Assembly (NCBI GenBank): GCA_026936335.1
Contig: JAPMXV010000044.1
Span: 310,001 to 374,000, forward strand
DNA: 64,000 nt
Direction of reading: 5' to 3'
Source of the DNA: Mantamonas sphyraenae STR306
Taxonomy: Eukaryota > Protista > CRuMs
Shown here piece after piece: positions 24,860 through 37,885 of this stretch. Every line of letters begins with the position of its first letter. The first letter of the stretch is position 1. Position numbers and translations under genes: made by a program. The notes under the pieces are model-generated. The model did not search any database and was not told the DNA's origin. It saw nothing but the letters and a program-made list of their open reading frames with translations.

Positions 24860-26430
24860 TCAAGTTCCCCACGCCGTCGTCGGTGACACAATTTCGGTGC
24901 CGACGTTTGGTGCGATGTCATCAAACGGTGGCCCATCTTGAGACACCGCACGTACCCGTTCATGCGATGGCTCCATACGCAGCACAGGAGAATAGCCCTC
25001 GTTGTCGGGCGGGAGCGCCCACAGCACAACCGGATGCACGTCCAGTCCATCCAAACGCCGCAGCTGTCGCCACTCCTTCTTGTCTTCTGAGTGCCAAATG
25101 AACCCGAGATTGCCTTTGTAGCTGCTGTTCACGATGATCTCGGACATCATGTAATCGTCTGTTGTGGCGATATAAATGGGGAACAGAAATCTGCTGGTCC
25201 TGTACACCTCCATCAGCACCAAGGTCCGATTGGACATTTCCTGCACAGGGATCAACCATCGATCCAGTACCTGACCGACGCGTGCATGTTGACACTGACC
25301 ATGCATGACTTTGCCATTGGCAGCCCATCCAAAGAACAGGGGCGCCGCTGCAATCGTCAGCTGATCCCAAGCGACCAGCCTCCCTATCAGTCCGTCAACG
25401 CTGATTCCCGGCGAGTTCTCTTTAAGTGTGTCATGAAACAGAGCTTCAACAATGTCCCAATTCTTTCCATCCTTTGAATTGGGCACCAGCGTGTGGTCGA
25501 GTTTCTCAAAGCTTCGCTCGTTGACCTGAATCCAATCTCCCTCTTGTTTCCACAAGTTTGCTGGCAGTCTGTCTCCACGAACGATTGCTGTGTTCTGCAA
25601 TTGATGAGTGCGCTGCTTCATACCACGGACCACGAAAGGGCGATGTTCCGTGCGAGGGATTTTCTCGAAGTACAGCTCTTTCTTTGACCATTTCGACTCA
25701 AGTCTGACCTGAGCACATGTCTTCGGTGGTACCTGGCCCAGGGAGTGCTCATAGGCCTTGAAAAAATACCAAGAAACCAAGCCCGAGAGTAGCATGGACA
25801 AAATGGCAAACAAGTATCCGTTCTCGGGTTGCGGAGCGCCACTGAGGCCTTGCAGCCCCCAATAAAACGGATAGAGACAACTCATGCAGCATAACATTGC
25901 TGCGAGTTTTGCTTTCCAACCTGCACGTGGTGCCTGTGCGTGTTGTCAGATTCCGTGATTCTGCCTTTCCCTCCCATGGAACACGTACCAATGCATTCCA
26001 CGAGCCAATGACAGATGTTTTGTCCTCATCGCTCGGAATTACCAACACTTGGCATCCCTTTTGCAGTTGATCATCACCCCAGCACACTGGGCCGTTTGCA
26101 ACGGAAGCGATCAACTCTCGTTCTGGACCAGACGACTGGCCGACAACCCATCCCGAGCCCGGTTCGATGCGCAGAGTCTCTTGTCCACGCTCAAACGAAC
26201 TGGAAGCATCCACATCGTTCATCGGTGGCATAAGCTCAATGGCGTGCTGCGTGAATCGAATCTCCGCGTCCTGCAGGAGTGACACACTTTCCTGCGGTCG
26301 GTGAAATCTCCCGTCAGAATTCACGACGCAATATCGCACGGGAACCGTCTTTTCTTCTTTCTTCGGGATCGCTATTTTACTTTGGTACGCGAGAGTGACG
26401 CGCGAGGCGTGCACCGTTTTCTTCACGCTG
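24860..26430 (-). other. Orphan insert between the duplicated copies, with two overlapping ORFs (345 aa; ~225 aa inside the insert)
   Basis: ORFs 24860-25897 and 25749-26585 overlap out of frame, with one TM-like segment. The DNA is visibly less GC-rich and has no microsatellites. Confidence 0.45.
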
Positions 26431-27264
26431 CTGTGCATCGTTTCGTTTGTGTTTGTTGTTGCCCTTTTGTGCATGTGCCTCCATTCCCCCCACACCACAC
26501 CACACACACGCACACACACACACACACGCAGACACAACACAAGAATGAAAACCGCAAGTTTGCGAAATTGTCGAGTTTGAATCACAACTCTTCCAAAAAC
26601 TCGCCCAGAAGCTGCAACGCCTCGGCCACGCCCTTGCGGGACAGCCCGATACGGAATCCTTGGCCATTGCTGTGGCTACCGTCGATGTCGTACACGCTCA
26701 CAGGCAGCAAAAGCACATTCTTTGCCGCCAGCAACTTTGCAGCAAACTCCTCGGCCTTGGGCAGGGGACAACTGTCGTCCAGTTTGACCACAGCCACCGG
26801 TCCGGCCATGGGAGCTGTGTACTCCAGCCAATGGGACCATTTGGCAAAGAACTGCGCAGCAGCGTCGCCGTTCTCCTTGACGATTGTGCGTGTGCGTTCC
26901 AGCAGCACATCGGCGTTGTGCAGAATGATGGTGGCCAACACTTCCGTAGGTGCAGAGCCGCAAATCGTCGTAAAGTCCTTCTGTGCTTCAAACAGCTCCA
27001 TGAACGCGGCGTTGCGTGTCGCAAGCCAGCCGCAACGCAGGCCCGGTGCACTGAACGATTTCGACACGCCGCTCAGTGCCACTGCATTGTCGTACAGTTC
27101 CACTGCAGAGGGCACCTGTGTCTCGGCCATGTGGGCATACATCTCGTCGCTGAACAGCACGGCGTTTCCGTTTTCCTTGCAGATGGCAATGATCTCCTCC
27201 AACTCCTCCAGCGTCCACTGGTGGCCTGTGGGGTTGTGTGGTGAGTTGATCACCACCATGCTCA
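26431..27264. repeat. 833/834-bp direct repeat, copy 2
   Basis: Direct sequence identity with 24022-24854. Confidence 0.95.
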
Positions 27265-27745
27265 AGTCCACCAAGCCGATCATGCTGCGCAGGTCCGACA
27301 CCTCGAATCGTTTGCTGGTTCGGTTTGCGTCCCAGAACAACACGTTTGCTTCCTGCATCAGACCCACCTCAAACAGGGATTGATAGGCAGGAACCATGCA
27401 AATCACAGTGGACGACTTTTCCAACAGGGTGCTCATGGCGATGAGGATCCCCTCTTCCGGCACAACCTCCAGCAGCTGGGGAGGGCCGATGTCCTCTCCG
27501 TACAACGCCGCTGCAGCTTCCAACAAAGCAGGATGGCCTCGCGACTCCGTGTAGCCCAGCGACAGGTTGTTCCACAGAGCCAGGTCTTCCTCATTGGCCA
27601 TCTCCAGCACCTCGGTCATTGTCAGCGGCTCCACGTCACTCGCGCTGAGCATGAAGGGCGGCTTGCCGTCGCCTCCATCCGCAAACTCTTTGTCAGAGAA
27701 ATAGCGTTCCAGCTTGAATGTGTGCTTGGCTGCCCCCACGCTCAT
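26582..27745 (-). CDS. Class I/II PLP-dependent aminotransferase
   Basis: FKLERYF, LGYTESRGHPAL, NSPHNPTG, SDEMY, and the PLP-lysine motif GVSKSFSAPGLRCGW. Confidence 0.92.
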   Translation of the reverse strand: MSVGAAKHTFKLERYFSDKEFADGGDGKPPFMLSASDVEPLTMTEVLEMANEEDLALWNNLSLGYTESRGHPALLEAAAALYGEDIGPPQLLEVVPEEGILIAMSTLLEKSSTVICMVPAYQSLFEVGLMQEANVLFWDANRTSKRFEVSDLRSMIGLVDLSMVVINSPHNPTGHQWTLEELEEIIAICKENGNAVLFSDEMYAHMAETQVPSAVELYDNAVALSGVSKSFSAPGLRCGWLATRNAAFMELFEAQKDFTTICGSAPTEVLATIILHNADVLLERTRTIVKENGDAAAQFFAKWSHWLEYTAPMAGPVAVVKLDDSCPLPKAEEFAAKLLAAKNVLLLPVSVYDIDGSHSNGQGFRIGLSRKGVAEALQLLGEFLEEL

Positions 27746-27827
27746 TGGGTGTGGTTGTTTTCACTGATTCAAGGTGGATGCGATCGGGCAGGCAACCCAA
27801 CCCCAACCCAACCCCACCCTGCGTCCA

Positions 27828-30648
27828 ATGTCCACCACAGCCGAGCCATCACGTGCCGGTGACGTGGATCTGGAGCAGTTTGGTGTGGACGAGAGCTACC
27901 TGCAGGCGGAACGGGTGTACCTGCGACGTCTGGAGCGGCGGCGAGCATTGCGCAGCAACGAGGTGGAGTTTGAGGCTGCAGCCGAGGCTGAGGCTGAAGC
28001 AGGCTTGCGTGAAGCCGCAGCTGGACAAGAGGTGGGCGACATGGAACCATCCGAGTTGGTGGAACGTCTGCACGAACTGCACCGCCAGCGGTTGCGTCTC
28101 CGTCGGCAGCAACTGCTCCAGCAAACCTTTCTGGATCTCCTACCTCTGGCAGGCCTGCTTTCCGGGGCCAATGCTGACCATGAGGATGGTTCTGGTGAGG
28201 AGGAGGATGCGGAGGAACGGCGGCAGCGGCTGTTGAACGCGCAGATTCGCTCGTTCCTCCTCATCCACGCTATGCAGCAAATGTGGGAGGGCACCGCCGA
28301 GGATGGCGATGGTCCTTCACCCTTTCGCATTGAGTTGGGCACTGTGGGCGATATGTCCTACGAGCAGCTGATGAGCCTGGATCGGAACAACCGGAAAAAG
28401 TCCGTTTCCACTCAAGCGTACGCCACCTTTGAGAAGCTACTGGGCAGCCAGCTGGACGCCCACAAGGACCGCCTCCTGGTGGAGAGCCAGTGTTCCGTTT
28501 GTTTGGGGCCCTACGAGGACGAAGAAGAGACCACAGTCCTGCCCTGTCGGCATGTGTTTGTACGTGAGCCCAAAAAGTGGTGGGCCCCGAGGTGACCCAC
28601 GAGAGACCCTTCTTTTCCGGCCTCTGCCGTTCACACACTGACCCCACCCGCCCACACACACACAGCACCACGAATGTATCCGACAGTGGCTGGATGCCAG
28701 TGTCCAGTGCCCCCTGTGTAGATATGATCTGGAGGCACACGAGCCTCCCAAGGAGGAATCCGGCCAGGACGACGACGCCAGCAGCAACAGCCACGGTGGT
28801 GGTGGTGGTCAACACGCAGGCAGTGCTTCGTTCACGTCGACGTTGTTCCCACAAGCACACATTGTGGTGTTGACCACCAACCCGAGCAACCGCAGCACCG
28901 AATCATCGTCGGCGTCGTCCTCGACAACGACGACGACGACGACGTCGACAGGACATAGCAGCACCATGAGGTCGGTGTCACCGCCGACGTCGACCCCGAT
29001 TGGAAACACGCGTCAGATGCGACATTACAGACGACATGCACGTGCACGGTACACATCTGAGGAGAGGCGACGTGGACGGGAGCTCCCTTCCACGCATGGC
29101 AATCGATTGCTGCTGTGGCTGGATCAGCAGGAGACAGTGCAAGACAGCGACAGTGACAGTGACAGTGACAGTGACAGTGACAGTGGCAGTGCAGAGAGCA
29201 ATGGCGACGATGAGAACATTTTCACGCCTTCGAGACACCTGCGTGTGGAGCCTGGGGACAGAGTCATGGATGTGCCACGGCGGGGTCGCTTTGTGGTGGA
29301 TGACACCGCACCCAACGGCAACGATGCAGACAATTGGGACGACAGTGTGGGTGTGTTTCACACGACATCGTCCACGTCCTCGTCCTCGTCCTCCTCTTCC
29401 TCTTCCTCTTCTTCTGGTCGACGCACACACTACATGCGCAACCCGTATGCACACGCGCAGCAGCAACGGGAGAACGAACACAGGGAACGGCAGGCTCGCA
29501 CAGAGGCGCGGATTCGACAGGCCAGGGCACACGTGGCACGAGAGGATGCCATTCGGTCGTCCGGGATGCGAGAACGACATCGTCTGCTGGCACAGATGGA
29601 GGCAGAGGCGGAAGCGCAGGCAGAAGCAGAAGTGCATGAAGAGATCACACTGTTGAGTGAGTTTGGTACACAACGACGCAGTGGCGATGGACGAACCACC
29701 AACGACGACAACGATGGGAGGAATGATCACAGTAGCGATGATGGTGAAAACGATGACGATGGCCAACGTCACCATCGCTTGACCCCTCAAGCGGCGGAGC
29801 GAAGGCGTCGTGAGGACCAGGAGATGCTGCAAAGGCAAAGGTCGTGGTCGCTGCTGGGTCGTCATCGACGACGCGAATCGGGGTCCTCCACAGCCACACA
29901 ACACACAGTGGTCTCCGAGGGCACCCAAAGCACAACAAGCAACAGCAGTGTGGGACGCAACTCGCCGCATCCATCCACCATCTACGCAGACGAGTTTCCC
30001 TCGCCCACGCAGATGACAGGTGCCCAGGAAACATCCAGCCCCAGCGCAAGCACTGTCGATCGGTTTGCAAGCACACGAAGGGGCTTGCAAGCACACCTGC
30101 GACGTAGCAACACACGTGGTGCTGCTGCTGGGTCACGCACGCAGCACACAACAACACGTGGAGCCACCACCTCCACGAGCACACCACCAACCCCTCCTCG
30201 CACACACACTTATTCTACACGTGCAGCACGTGCGTCTGCATCCCCGCAGCAACGCCCCAGCCCGCCTCCATCGTCCGGCACTCCATCTTTCATGCGCTCC
30301 ACTGCCGCTTCCAAGCACCGCAGTCGCAAAGGAGGAAGCCACCGTGTGCATCCCACTCCTTCTCCTCCCTCTGCTTCCCCCTCACCCAACAACAGACGCA
30401 TCAACGTACGTGGGGCCTCGTCATCGACAACATCTTCGGCCTCGTCGTCATCATCTTCGCGTGGCCTCCGATCACGCCATGGTGCAACGTCATCCTCAGC
30501 CACCACCTCCTCATCCTCCTCATTCTCATCCACTTCTTCCTCTTCAACCTCAGCTGCCACGGCCGCGTCTCTCAACAGACGCGTCCGTGCAGGCAAAACA
30601 ATCCGTTCGCTTGCCAGCGCCTTGCCCTTTCGCCGCAGGCAACGCTGA
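27828..30648 (+). CDS. RING-H2 E3 ubiquitin ligase with long disordered C-terminus
   Basis: MSYEQLMSL motif. RING-H2 CSVC...CRHVF|HHECIRQW...CPLC is split by phase-0 intron 28560-28665 and continues in frame with the 28843 ORF. Confidence 0.85.
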
Positions 30649-30667
30649 ACACCCACAGACAACCATA

Positions 30668-31738
30668 ATGGACAATGCAGGCGAGGGTGGACGTTGGATC
30701 CTTGCTAGTGTCTTGGTCGTCCTGCTTGCCATGAGTGTGCCACAGGCGCTGACACAGTGGCGTGAACTGTACAAAGGCGCGACTGCTGCTGCATTGTCTT
30801 CCACAGCCCCATTGCCTCCACGCCCATTCCACATGTTTCCCGATCAGATGGTCTACATTCCCGCGGGCAACACGAGCATGGGCAGTCTGCCTCACCAGTT
30901 CCATTACCACCAGGATGGCGAGACGCCTCCACGGCCCAACGTGCACGTACACTCCCTGTGGATGGACGCCCATCCCGTGTCCAACGCCCACTTTTTGGCC
31001 TTCCAGAAGCATCGAAGGAGGGAAGGGCAGCAGGAGTACACCACCGTGGCGGAACAACTGGGATCCAGCTTTGTCTTTGCCCAACACAGGTGCTCACGTG
31101 TGCCAGCGGCAAGGGACAGCCACACAGCACATTCTTGTGCAGACATACCAGTGTTGACACACTCCCAGCGGCAGGAATTGCACGCAGCGAGGCAGAAGCG
31201 CAATTGGTGGTCTCTGGTGTCGGGTGCCTGGTGGTTTCAGCCGCAGGGACCAGTGCATAGCATTCAAGATGACGTTTGGATGCACCCCGTCGTTCACGTA
31301 GCATTGTACGATGCACAGGCGTACTGTGCATGGCGTGGGATGCGTCTGCCAAGCGAGGACGAGTGGGAACACGCGGCTCGAGGCGGTGGGGACGCACATG
31401 CTCTGTATCCCTGGGGCAACACCCATCCCCAATGTCATCCACCGCAACAAACACGACTCAACATCTGGCAGGGAGCCTTCCCCTTGTACAATACCCTGTT
31501 GGATGGCCACCTCGCAACCTCTCCTCGCCGTGCCTTTCCTCCACAGAATGCCTATGGTCTCTACGACATGGTGGGCAACGTATGGGAATGGACTCGTCTC
31601 GGTGTCAAACGCGGTGGTTCCTTCCTCTGCCATCCAGACCACTGTTACCGCTACAGGATAGCCGCCCGTTCCACCGCCTCCCCAGATTCCACTGCAAGCA
31701 ACGTGGGCTTCCGATGTGTCATGGATCCCTCCACATGA
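30668..31738 (+). CDS. SUMF1: Formylglycine-generating enzyme (sulfatase-modifying factor 1)
   Basis: Signal/TM N-terminus, HPVVHV, RLPSEDEWE, NAYGLYDMVGNVWEW, RGGSFLCHPDHCYRYRIAAR (both catalytic Cys) and NVGFRC. Confidence 0.88.
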   Translation: MDNAGEGGRWILASVLVVLLAMSVPQALTQWRELYKGATAAALSSTAPLPPRPFHMFPDQMVYIPAGNTSMGSLPHQFHYHQDGETPPRPNVHVHSLWMDAHPVSNAHFLAFQKHRRREGQQEYTTVAEQLGSSFVFAQHRCSRVPAARDSHTAHSCADIPVLTHSQRQELHAARQKRNWWSLVSGAWWFQPQGPVHSIQDDVWMHPVVHVALYDAQAYCAWRGMRLPSEDEWEHAARGGGDAHALYPWGNTHPQCHPPQQTRLNIWQGAFPLYNTLLDGHLATSPRRAFPPQNAYGLYDMVGNVWEWTRLGVKRGGSFLCHPDHCYRYRIAARSTASPDSTASNVGFRCVMDPST

Positions 31739-31894
31739 GTCATGAGCAATCCCCAATCTCCCCCCTTTCGGGCACTCTGTGTCAAGCCCATGCGTCAGCC
31801 GATGCGACATCCAAACAAAACCAACCTCCAACCCCCACACACACCGTCCACACTCCCGGGCCCCAACCAGCTTCAGTCCCCCCCATCTCTGGTC

Positions 31895-33703
31895 ATGGCA
31901 TCGCAAGTGTACTCGGTGCCCGTGGTCTTTGAAGACCTGCCACCCACCCAATCCTACCTTCAACTCTTTGATGCCCTCGAACATCTCGACAACGTCGTCA
32001 ACGATGTCTTCCAGCGTATCAGCAACCGCGTAGGTTGCCCGTTCTTGGCCCTTGTTTGTGCCCATGTCCACTGTGTTGGCTGTGCCAGCAACGCGCTCTC
32101 CCTGTGTACACGCCAGACTCGAATTCCTGACTCGCCCCTCCAACACCCCTCCAACACACACACACACACACACACACACGCATGACACAGGTTGCAGAGC
32201 AGCGTGGCAAGCTGGCTTCCATCAACGAGCGTGTACAAGGTGCCCAGCGCAAGGTCGACTCCATTGCAGGCACCAAACGTGCCACCACTGTGTTCAGCGC
32301 CGCCAAATACCCTGCCGCCGCAAAGCTCCACAGCTACCGTCCCGTCTTTCTCGACAGCGAGGTCACTGTGGCCGAACCTGAACGCAAGCCCTATGTCCTT
32401 GCCGATGGTCATCGCAAACACGTAAGTGTTCCGTCATCACTGGACCCTCCCATCGTGCTGTGTCACCCGAAAAAGATTCCCATGTGGTTTCCCTCCCTCG
32501 TTTGATTTGCTCGAAATCAAAAACGGCGTCGTCGCTCACACCCTTTCGCCTGCGTGCCCCCCCCCCCTTTTCCACCCGCACACACAGAACGAAGAATGGG
32601 CACGAAGGGACACGTCGTCCATCAACACGCGCTGGTTCCACGATCACGCGAGCCAACAGAACAGGCCCGACTACGAGACGGATGGTCTCGGCCGGCTGCC
32701 CGAACATTTGCCCTCCGTCAGCTCGCTGTTGCTTTTCAACACCACCGAAAACCCGTACAAGGAATATTCGCATCTTGACAACTTGCTGGGACAGGAGAGG
32801 GCCAAGCGTGAAGAGGTGACAAAGAACCTGGGCGCTGCTCCCACTTCGTTCAGTGGCACCGACTCCCTGCCCCAGTTTGGTCAGCTGGAGTACTCCTTCC
32901 GTCCCGAACTGGGTGCTGTGCCCGAGTTTGAGCTCCCCGAGGATCTCGACCTGCCCAACCTGGCCGATCTCACCTGGCAGGCCAGTGAGGACATGGCAAC
33001 CATTGCCCCGTCCCATGTACAGTCCAACCGCCCCTCCTTGCCCACTGTCGCGGTTTCCTCACCGGGCCCGTCCGCACCGTCCTCATCCACGGCTGCTGCC
33101 AATGCCCCTCCTGCCCCTCCTCCTCCTTCGGCTGCCAATGCCCCGCCTGCTCCTCCTCCTCCTCCTCCAGGCAACGCTCCCGCCGCCCCGCCTCCTCCTC
33201 CGCCTCCGCCTTCAGGAGATGGCGCTGCGGCTGCTCCGGCCAATGTACCCAAGGCGGTGGCCGAGCCAGACACAGGACGCAACTCCCTCCTGGCTGCCAT
33301 CCGTGGCATGGACAAGAGCAAACTCAAGAAGCAGCCCGATCCCATGGAGAAGCGCGACGACGACGACGACGAGCCGGCGCCCGCAGGAGGTGGAGGTGGA
33401 GGCGACTTGTTTGGCGACCTCATCAGTGCCCTTCGCCTCCGTCGCAAGGGTATCTCCAAGGGTGGCGACGACGGCGAAGGAGGAGCTGCCAAAAAGACCG
33501 CATCGTCCAGCAGCGGTGCAAGCAAGAAGAAAAAGGCGAGCGTCAAGCCTGCTGAGGACGATGACGATGAGGCCGATGATGCCAGCACAACCGACAAGGG
33601 CAAGTCAAAGGCTGCCCCGCCCATCCTTCCCCCACGTCCTCCCATGAGTGACGACGACGACGACGACGACTCGGAGTATGACGACGACGATTGGGATCCG
33701 TAA
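31895..33703 (+). CDS. WASHC1: WASH complex subunit WASH1 (Arp2/3 activator), 3 exons
   Basis: WAHD motifs VFSAAKYP, GLGRLP..LPSVSSLLLFNTTENPYK.Y..LDNL and LPxDLDLP; poly-Pro; WH2 (RNSLLAAIR), C (DLISALRLRRKGI) and acidic DDW end. Introns about 32030-32190 and 32422-32588. Confidence 0.93.
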
Positions 33704-33728
33704 ATCCAATCCAATCTCATTAACACCA

Positions 33729-33818
33729 CCCCAACCCATTCTCTCCTCATTCCGCCCCATTACTCGCTGGCATCCTCATGTCCCCAAACCTACGCCGGCT
33801 ATGCACTGCTGCAACTTG
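33729..33818. repeat. 90-bp direct repeat, copy 1 (copy 2 at 38288-38377)
   Basis: About 85/90 identical. Confidence 0.9.
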
Positions 33819-33821
33819 ACT

Positions 33822-36308
33822 TCATTCCGCCTGCCATGCCCGCCCGATTTCTTCGTCGCTTGCTGCACACACACGCAGCCACTCCTTGCGCAGAGTCCAC
33901 ACCAGGTCTCCCAAGTGATCAAAGTCTACCTCTTGCTGCTGCTCTTGTTGCTGGACATCTTGAGGCGCCTCGACCTGTGCGTACGGGTACTCTTGCAACA
34001 CTTGCGTCACACGACCCAGCTGCGTCTCTGCCTCCTCCCACATGCGCTCCACAAGCGCACCCACACTCTTCAGTTGCACTGCCATGTTGCGCAGCTGCAC
34101 AGTCTGTGCTGGAAGCTGTTCCAACACATACTCCATTGTCAGCGCTGCCTGCTTTGCATCCAGAGCCACCACGCTCACGTGCATCCACCAGCCCGTTAGG
34201 AAGTCCATGTGCACACACATGTTTAACCCTCGCAGTGTCACACTGTCCAACACACCACGTGCCTCCTTTCGCCTTGTGTTTGCCTCCATGTCCATCCCCA
34301 GCGCCTCACACACTCCCATGGCCACATCCATCAGGTCACACGTCTCTGCCACAGACACCACGTCCACTGTTTCACGTTCCTGGGACTCCAGATCACCCGG
34401 ACCCATGCCCAGACCCGTCACCAGCGCCTGTCTGCTTACCGTGTTGCTGTGCACACACGTCTCGTTCACGTACAGCCACACCTGCACCTGCGTCTCCCCC
34501 GTCACTCCCACCCTGCTCTTCACTGTACATCCTTGTCCATCGTCCTCCCACTCCACCTGTGTCTCTGTGTCCGCTGCGCTGCATACAACACTCACCACAT
34601 CCCCGCGTCTGACACCACTCAACCGACAACACCACAGTCCCCCGGCTATCACACGCTCCTCATTCACTTGCACACCACTTGCGCCTTCTTCATCCATCCC
34701 ATCGTCGTTATCCCCCACATCCCCATTGTCCTCCTTCGACTCTGCCTCGAGTCCTTCCTCCCCACTCCCGGCCAGCAATGTTGTGAGTTGTGTGTGCAGG
34801 ATGTCTTCCACACGTGTGTCCAAATCATTTCCACGTAGAACCTTGTGTGTGCATGTGCCAACAGCCGTGCCTTGTCCTCATTGCGCTTCTGCAGCGCCAG
34901 ACATTGTCCCTTGCCCAGTTCCACGCGAGATCTCAGCCGTTGTGCCATCTGTGCCTGTGTCTCTTCGTCCACCGCATGGTCTTCCTGCAGGCCCATCTGT
35001 GACGACCACACCTCCTCGTCTGCATTGCTGCCTACCAACTGTGTGCACTCTTCATCCACAAGCACCCACATTCCTCCCTCCAGCAGCACGAGCACACGTC
35101 CCTCCACGCCCACCACCATGGCTTCTTCAACTCCATGCCACACTCTCTTCCCTCCAACCCACAGTTTCTGATCACCCCGGTGCAATCCAAGTACACGGTC
35201 GTTTGCCCCTTCAAGGAACACTTCTACAGCACAAGGTGGAGCCACCACGTCCTCCTCCTCCTCCTCCTCCTCGTCGTCTCCCTCCCTGCCCTCCTCCTCC
35301 CCACCATCCTCTTTCTCTTCCCTGTCTGACTCTATCATGTCACCGGCAAGCGTCATCACCACACGGCGTCCCACTGCTCTGATCACTTCCCCGTTGTACG
35401 CTTGCTGCATCACTCCCAGCCCCTGTTCGTCCACACCTGCCACCCAGTGTGTCTCATGGGAGGTCCTCACCAGCGGCTGCCCGTCTGGGAAGGCGTGGGC
35501 GGTGCGCACTGGCACACACGGCGTCGGCAACCTCATCGTCGTCAACCTCGGCTCGCCGCCACCTTCATACGCCACCATGTACGCCTCGCCGTGAAAGTCC
35601 GACTCCACAGTGGCACAAATAAATACGCGTGGGCCGTCAAACAGCTCCACATGAAGGTCTTATCGAAAGGCATGCGCCGTGTCAGCGGTGGTCGGGGGTT
35701 GTGCTGTGTGGTTTGTTCTCGGGAACCACTCACTCTTGCTGTCGCTTAGCATCACATGTTGGTTCTCCAGTTGGAATGGCATCATGCGTACACTGTGGCC
35801 CGAGTGCACATCCAGCACACACACGTACATCACATGTGTTCTGTTCACACACGCGTGCACCAACGCGCACGCGTATTCGCTGTGTCGCTCACCGTGTCAG
35901 GAATCACCTCCCTCGCCTTCCCCAGCACCCATCCTTTCCCCACACTTACCACTGCAACTCCTCTTCCACCACACTTGCCACAGACAACACCCTCAACGCA
36001 GCCGCACCTCGGTTGCCCTTCTTCCCGTCTGTTGGTCAACACCACCACCTCCCGACACGTCAGCACCCATCCTTCCCCCCCCAACCCCACCCCCGTGCTC
36101 CCTCCCTTCCAACACCTCCACTCACCTTGAATGACCAAATCCTTCGCCTCGTCCCGCACGAGGGCAGCGCCGTCCACTCGCCACACCTTTGCGTCCCACA
36201 CCTCATACATCTCGCCCTCCACATGTGACGACGCCCGTGCCTGTACACTGAACAGCCATTGGTCGTCGACAAGACAACATTGGCCCCAACCATGACTGCT
36301 GCTCATGT
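33822..36308 (-). CDS. Hypothetical protein (weak FANCB-like architecture); intron(s) and a frameshift at ~34845
   Basis: ORFs 35845-36420, 34664-35650 and 33822-34823 are joined by a probable intron and a CA-repeat slip. Beta-rich N-terminus, then a coiled coil, then beta and helical domains. Confidence 0.45.
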
Positions 36309-36364
36309 GCAAGAGAGTGTGTGGTGTTGCGCCCGATGACGCACGCCAACATTGCCCCTTCCCC

Positions 36365-37885
36365 ATGTCCGAAGCGACCCCCACCCCTCTTCCGGGCATC
36401 CACCGTGGTGATAGGCACATTGGTCATGACGAACGAGACCACAACAGGGGAGGCCTGTTGGACGGCCACTCGGACAACCAGCACCTGCTCATGTTTATGA
36501 TCCTCATTGCCATCATGATTGTCGCCCAACTCGGTGTGTACTGGTGGAAGAAGAACCACTATCGTTCCTTCCTCAACGTCACCCTCCTTGGTCTCTGGCT
36601 CTTCCCTGCCGCCTTCTGTGTCTTTGCCGGTTTCTGGCGCATGATCCTCTTCTGGCTCCTCTTCTCCTCCTCCACAGGTTACGTCGTCTACCTCGCCACA
36701 CGCAAGCCCATTGCCTCCTCCACCCCTCGGTAGGTGTCACCGCCACACTTGCCCCGGTCTTCACCAGGGAGCCCCTTGGGTACACGCACACACACACGCA
36801 CACACACACACACACACCTGCTCACCCCTCCTTCTCCCCACCCATCCACTCCCAGCCTCGTCTACACATGGTTCCACGGCATCTATCGTCTCTGCTACAC
36901 CATTGGCTTTGTGGGCTACGTCATCCTCCTCCTCGACTTTATCGGCCTCAGCCCAGCCTTTACGTCCGCACTCGGCCTCAGCGACCCGCTTGCTGCCTAC
37001 GGTACGTGAGTCCCCGTCCACACACACACACGCACGCATGCATGGACACACATACAACCAACGCAATCCCCCCTGCCCCATCCCCCCCCTCCGCTTGCGC
37101 CGAGCTGTCCCACGTCTCCTCGCTGCGTGTGTGTGGTTTGCCATTTCCTGACGTCACCCGCCGACTCGACCACCGTCCCCTCCCCTATTCCACATGCACC
37201 CTGTGTGTGCGTCTATTGACAACCTCACACTCCCCCCCCCCCCCCTCCCCTCCCCCTCCTTCCCCCGCAGGCACGGTCATTCTCTTCTATGGGATGTACT
37301 ACGGTGTGCTGGGCCGCGACGGAGCAGAGATCTGCGCCGAATCGCTGGCCAAGAACATGGGAGTAGGTGGAACCATTTTGGAGAGGACAACTTTGGGCAG
37401 CAGTACCACGTGTCCCATCCCCACTCACACATCCCTCCTTATTCCCCCCCCCCTACCCCCCTTCGTTGCAGATCCTGCCTGTGGAAGGCATCCCCACGAA
37501 GAACGTGGCCTCAGACATGTGTTCATTGTGCGGAGAGACACTGCGCAACTCCAGCGATCCACTCAACCTGCCTGTGGCCACGACGATGAAGGCCAACGAG
37601 GCCAACAGTGCCAACGTCAGCAGCACCAATGTGGTGGCCCTCAACTGTGGCCACCGTTTCCACGAATTCTGCATCCGAGGGTGGACCATTGTGGGCAAGA
37701 AGGACACCTGTCCCTTCTGCAAGGAGAAGGTGGACCTCAAGAAGCTGGCCAGCAACCCCTGGGAAACCCAGAGTCTCGTCTGGTCCTACTTCCTCGACTT
37801 TCTCCGCTACCTCATCGTGTGGAACCCTGTCATCCTCGTCGTCACACAGACTGCCCTCTATCTCATGGAATACAAGATCTTTTGA
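36365..37885 (+). CDS. RNF121: RNF121/RNF175-like multi-TM RING E3 ligase (4 exons)
   Basis: AQL...WKK.HYRSF..VTLLGLW, ATRKP...TPR, LFYGMYYGVLGRD.AEIC, and CGHRFHEFCIRGWTIVGKKDTCPFCKEKVDL...NPWE. Confidence 0.93.

Noticed and set aside
26582-27745. Recent bacterial HGT of the intronless aminotransferase (and CobW)
   Set aside because: Codon usage looks host-like and many host genes here lack introns; it cannot be supported without a phylogeny.
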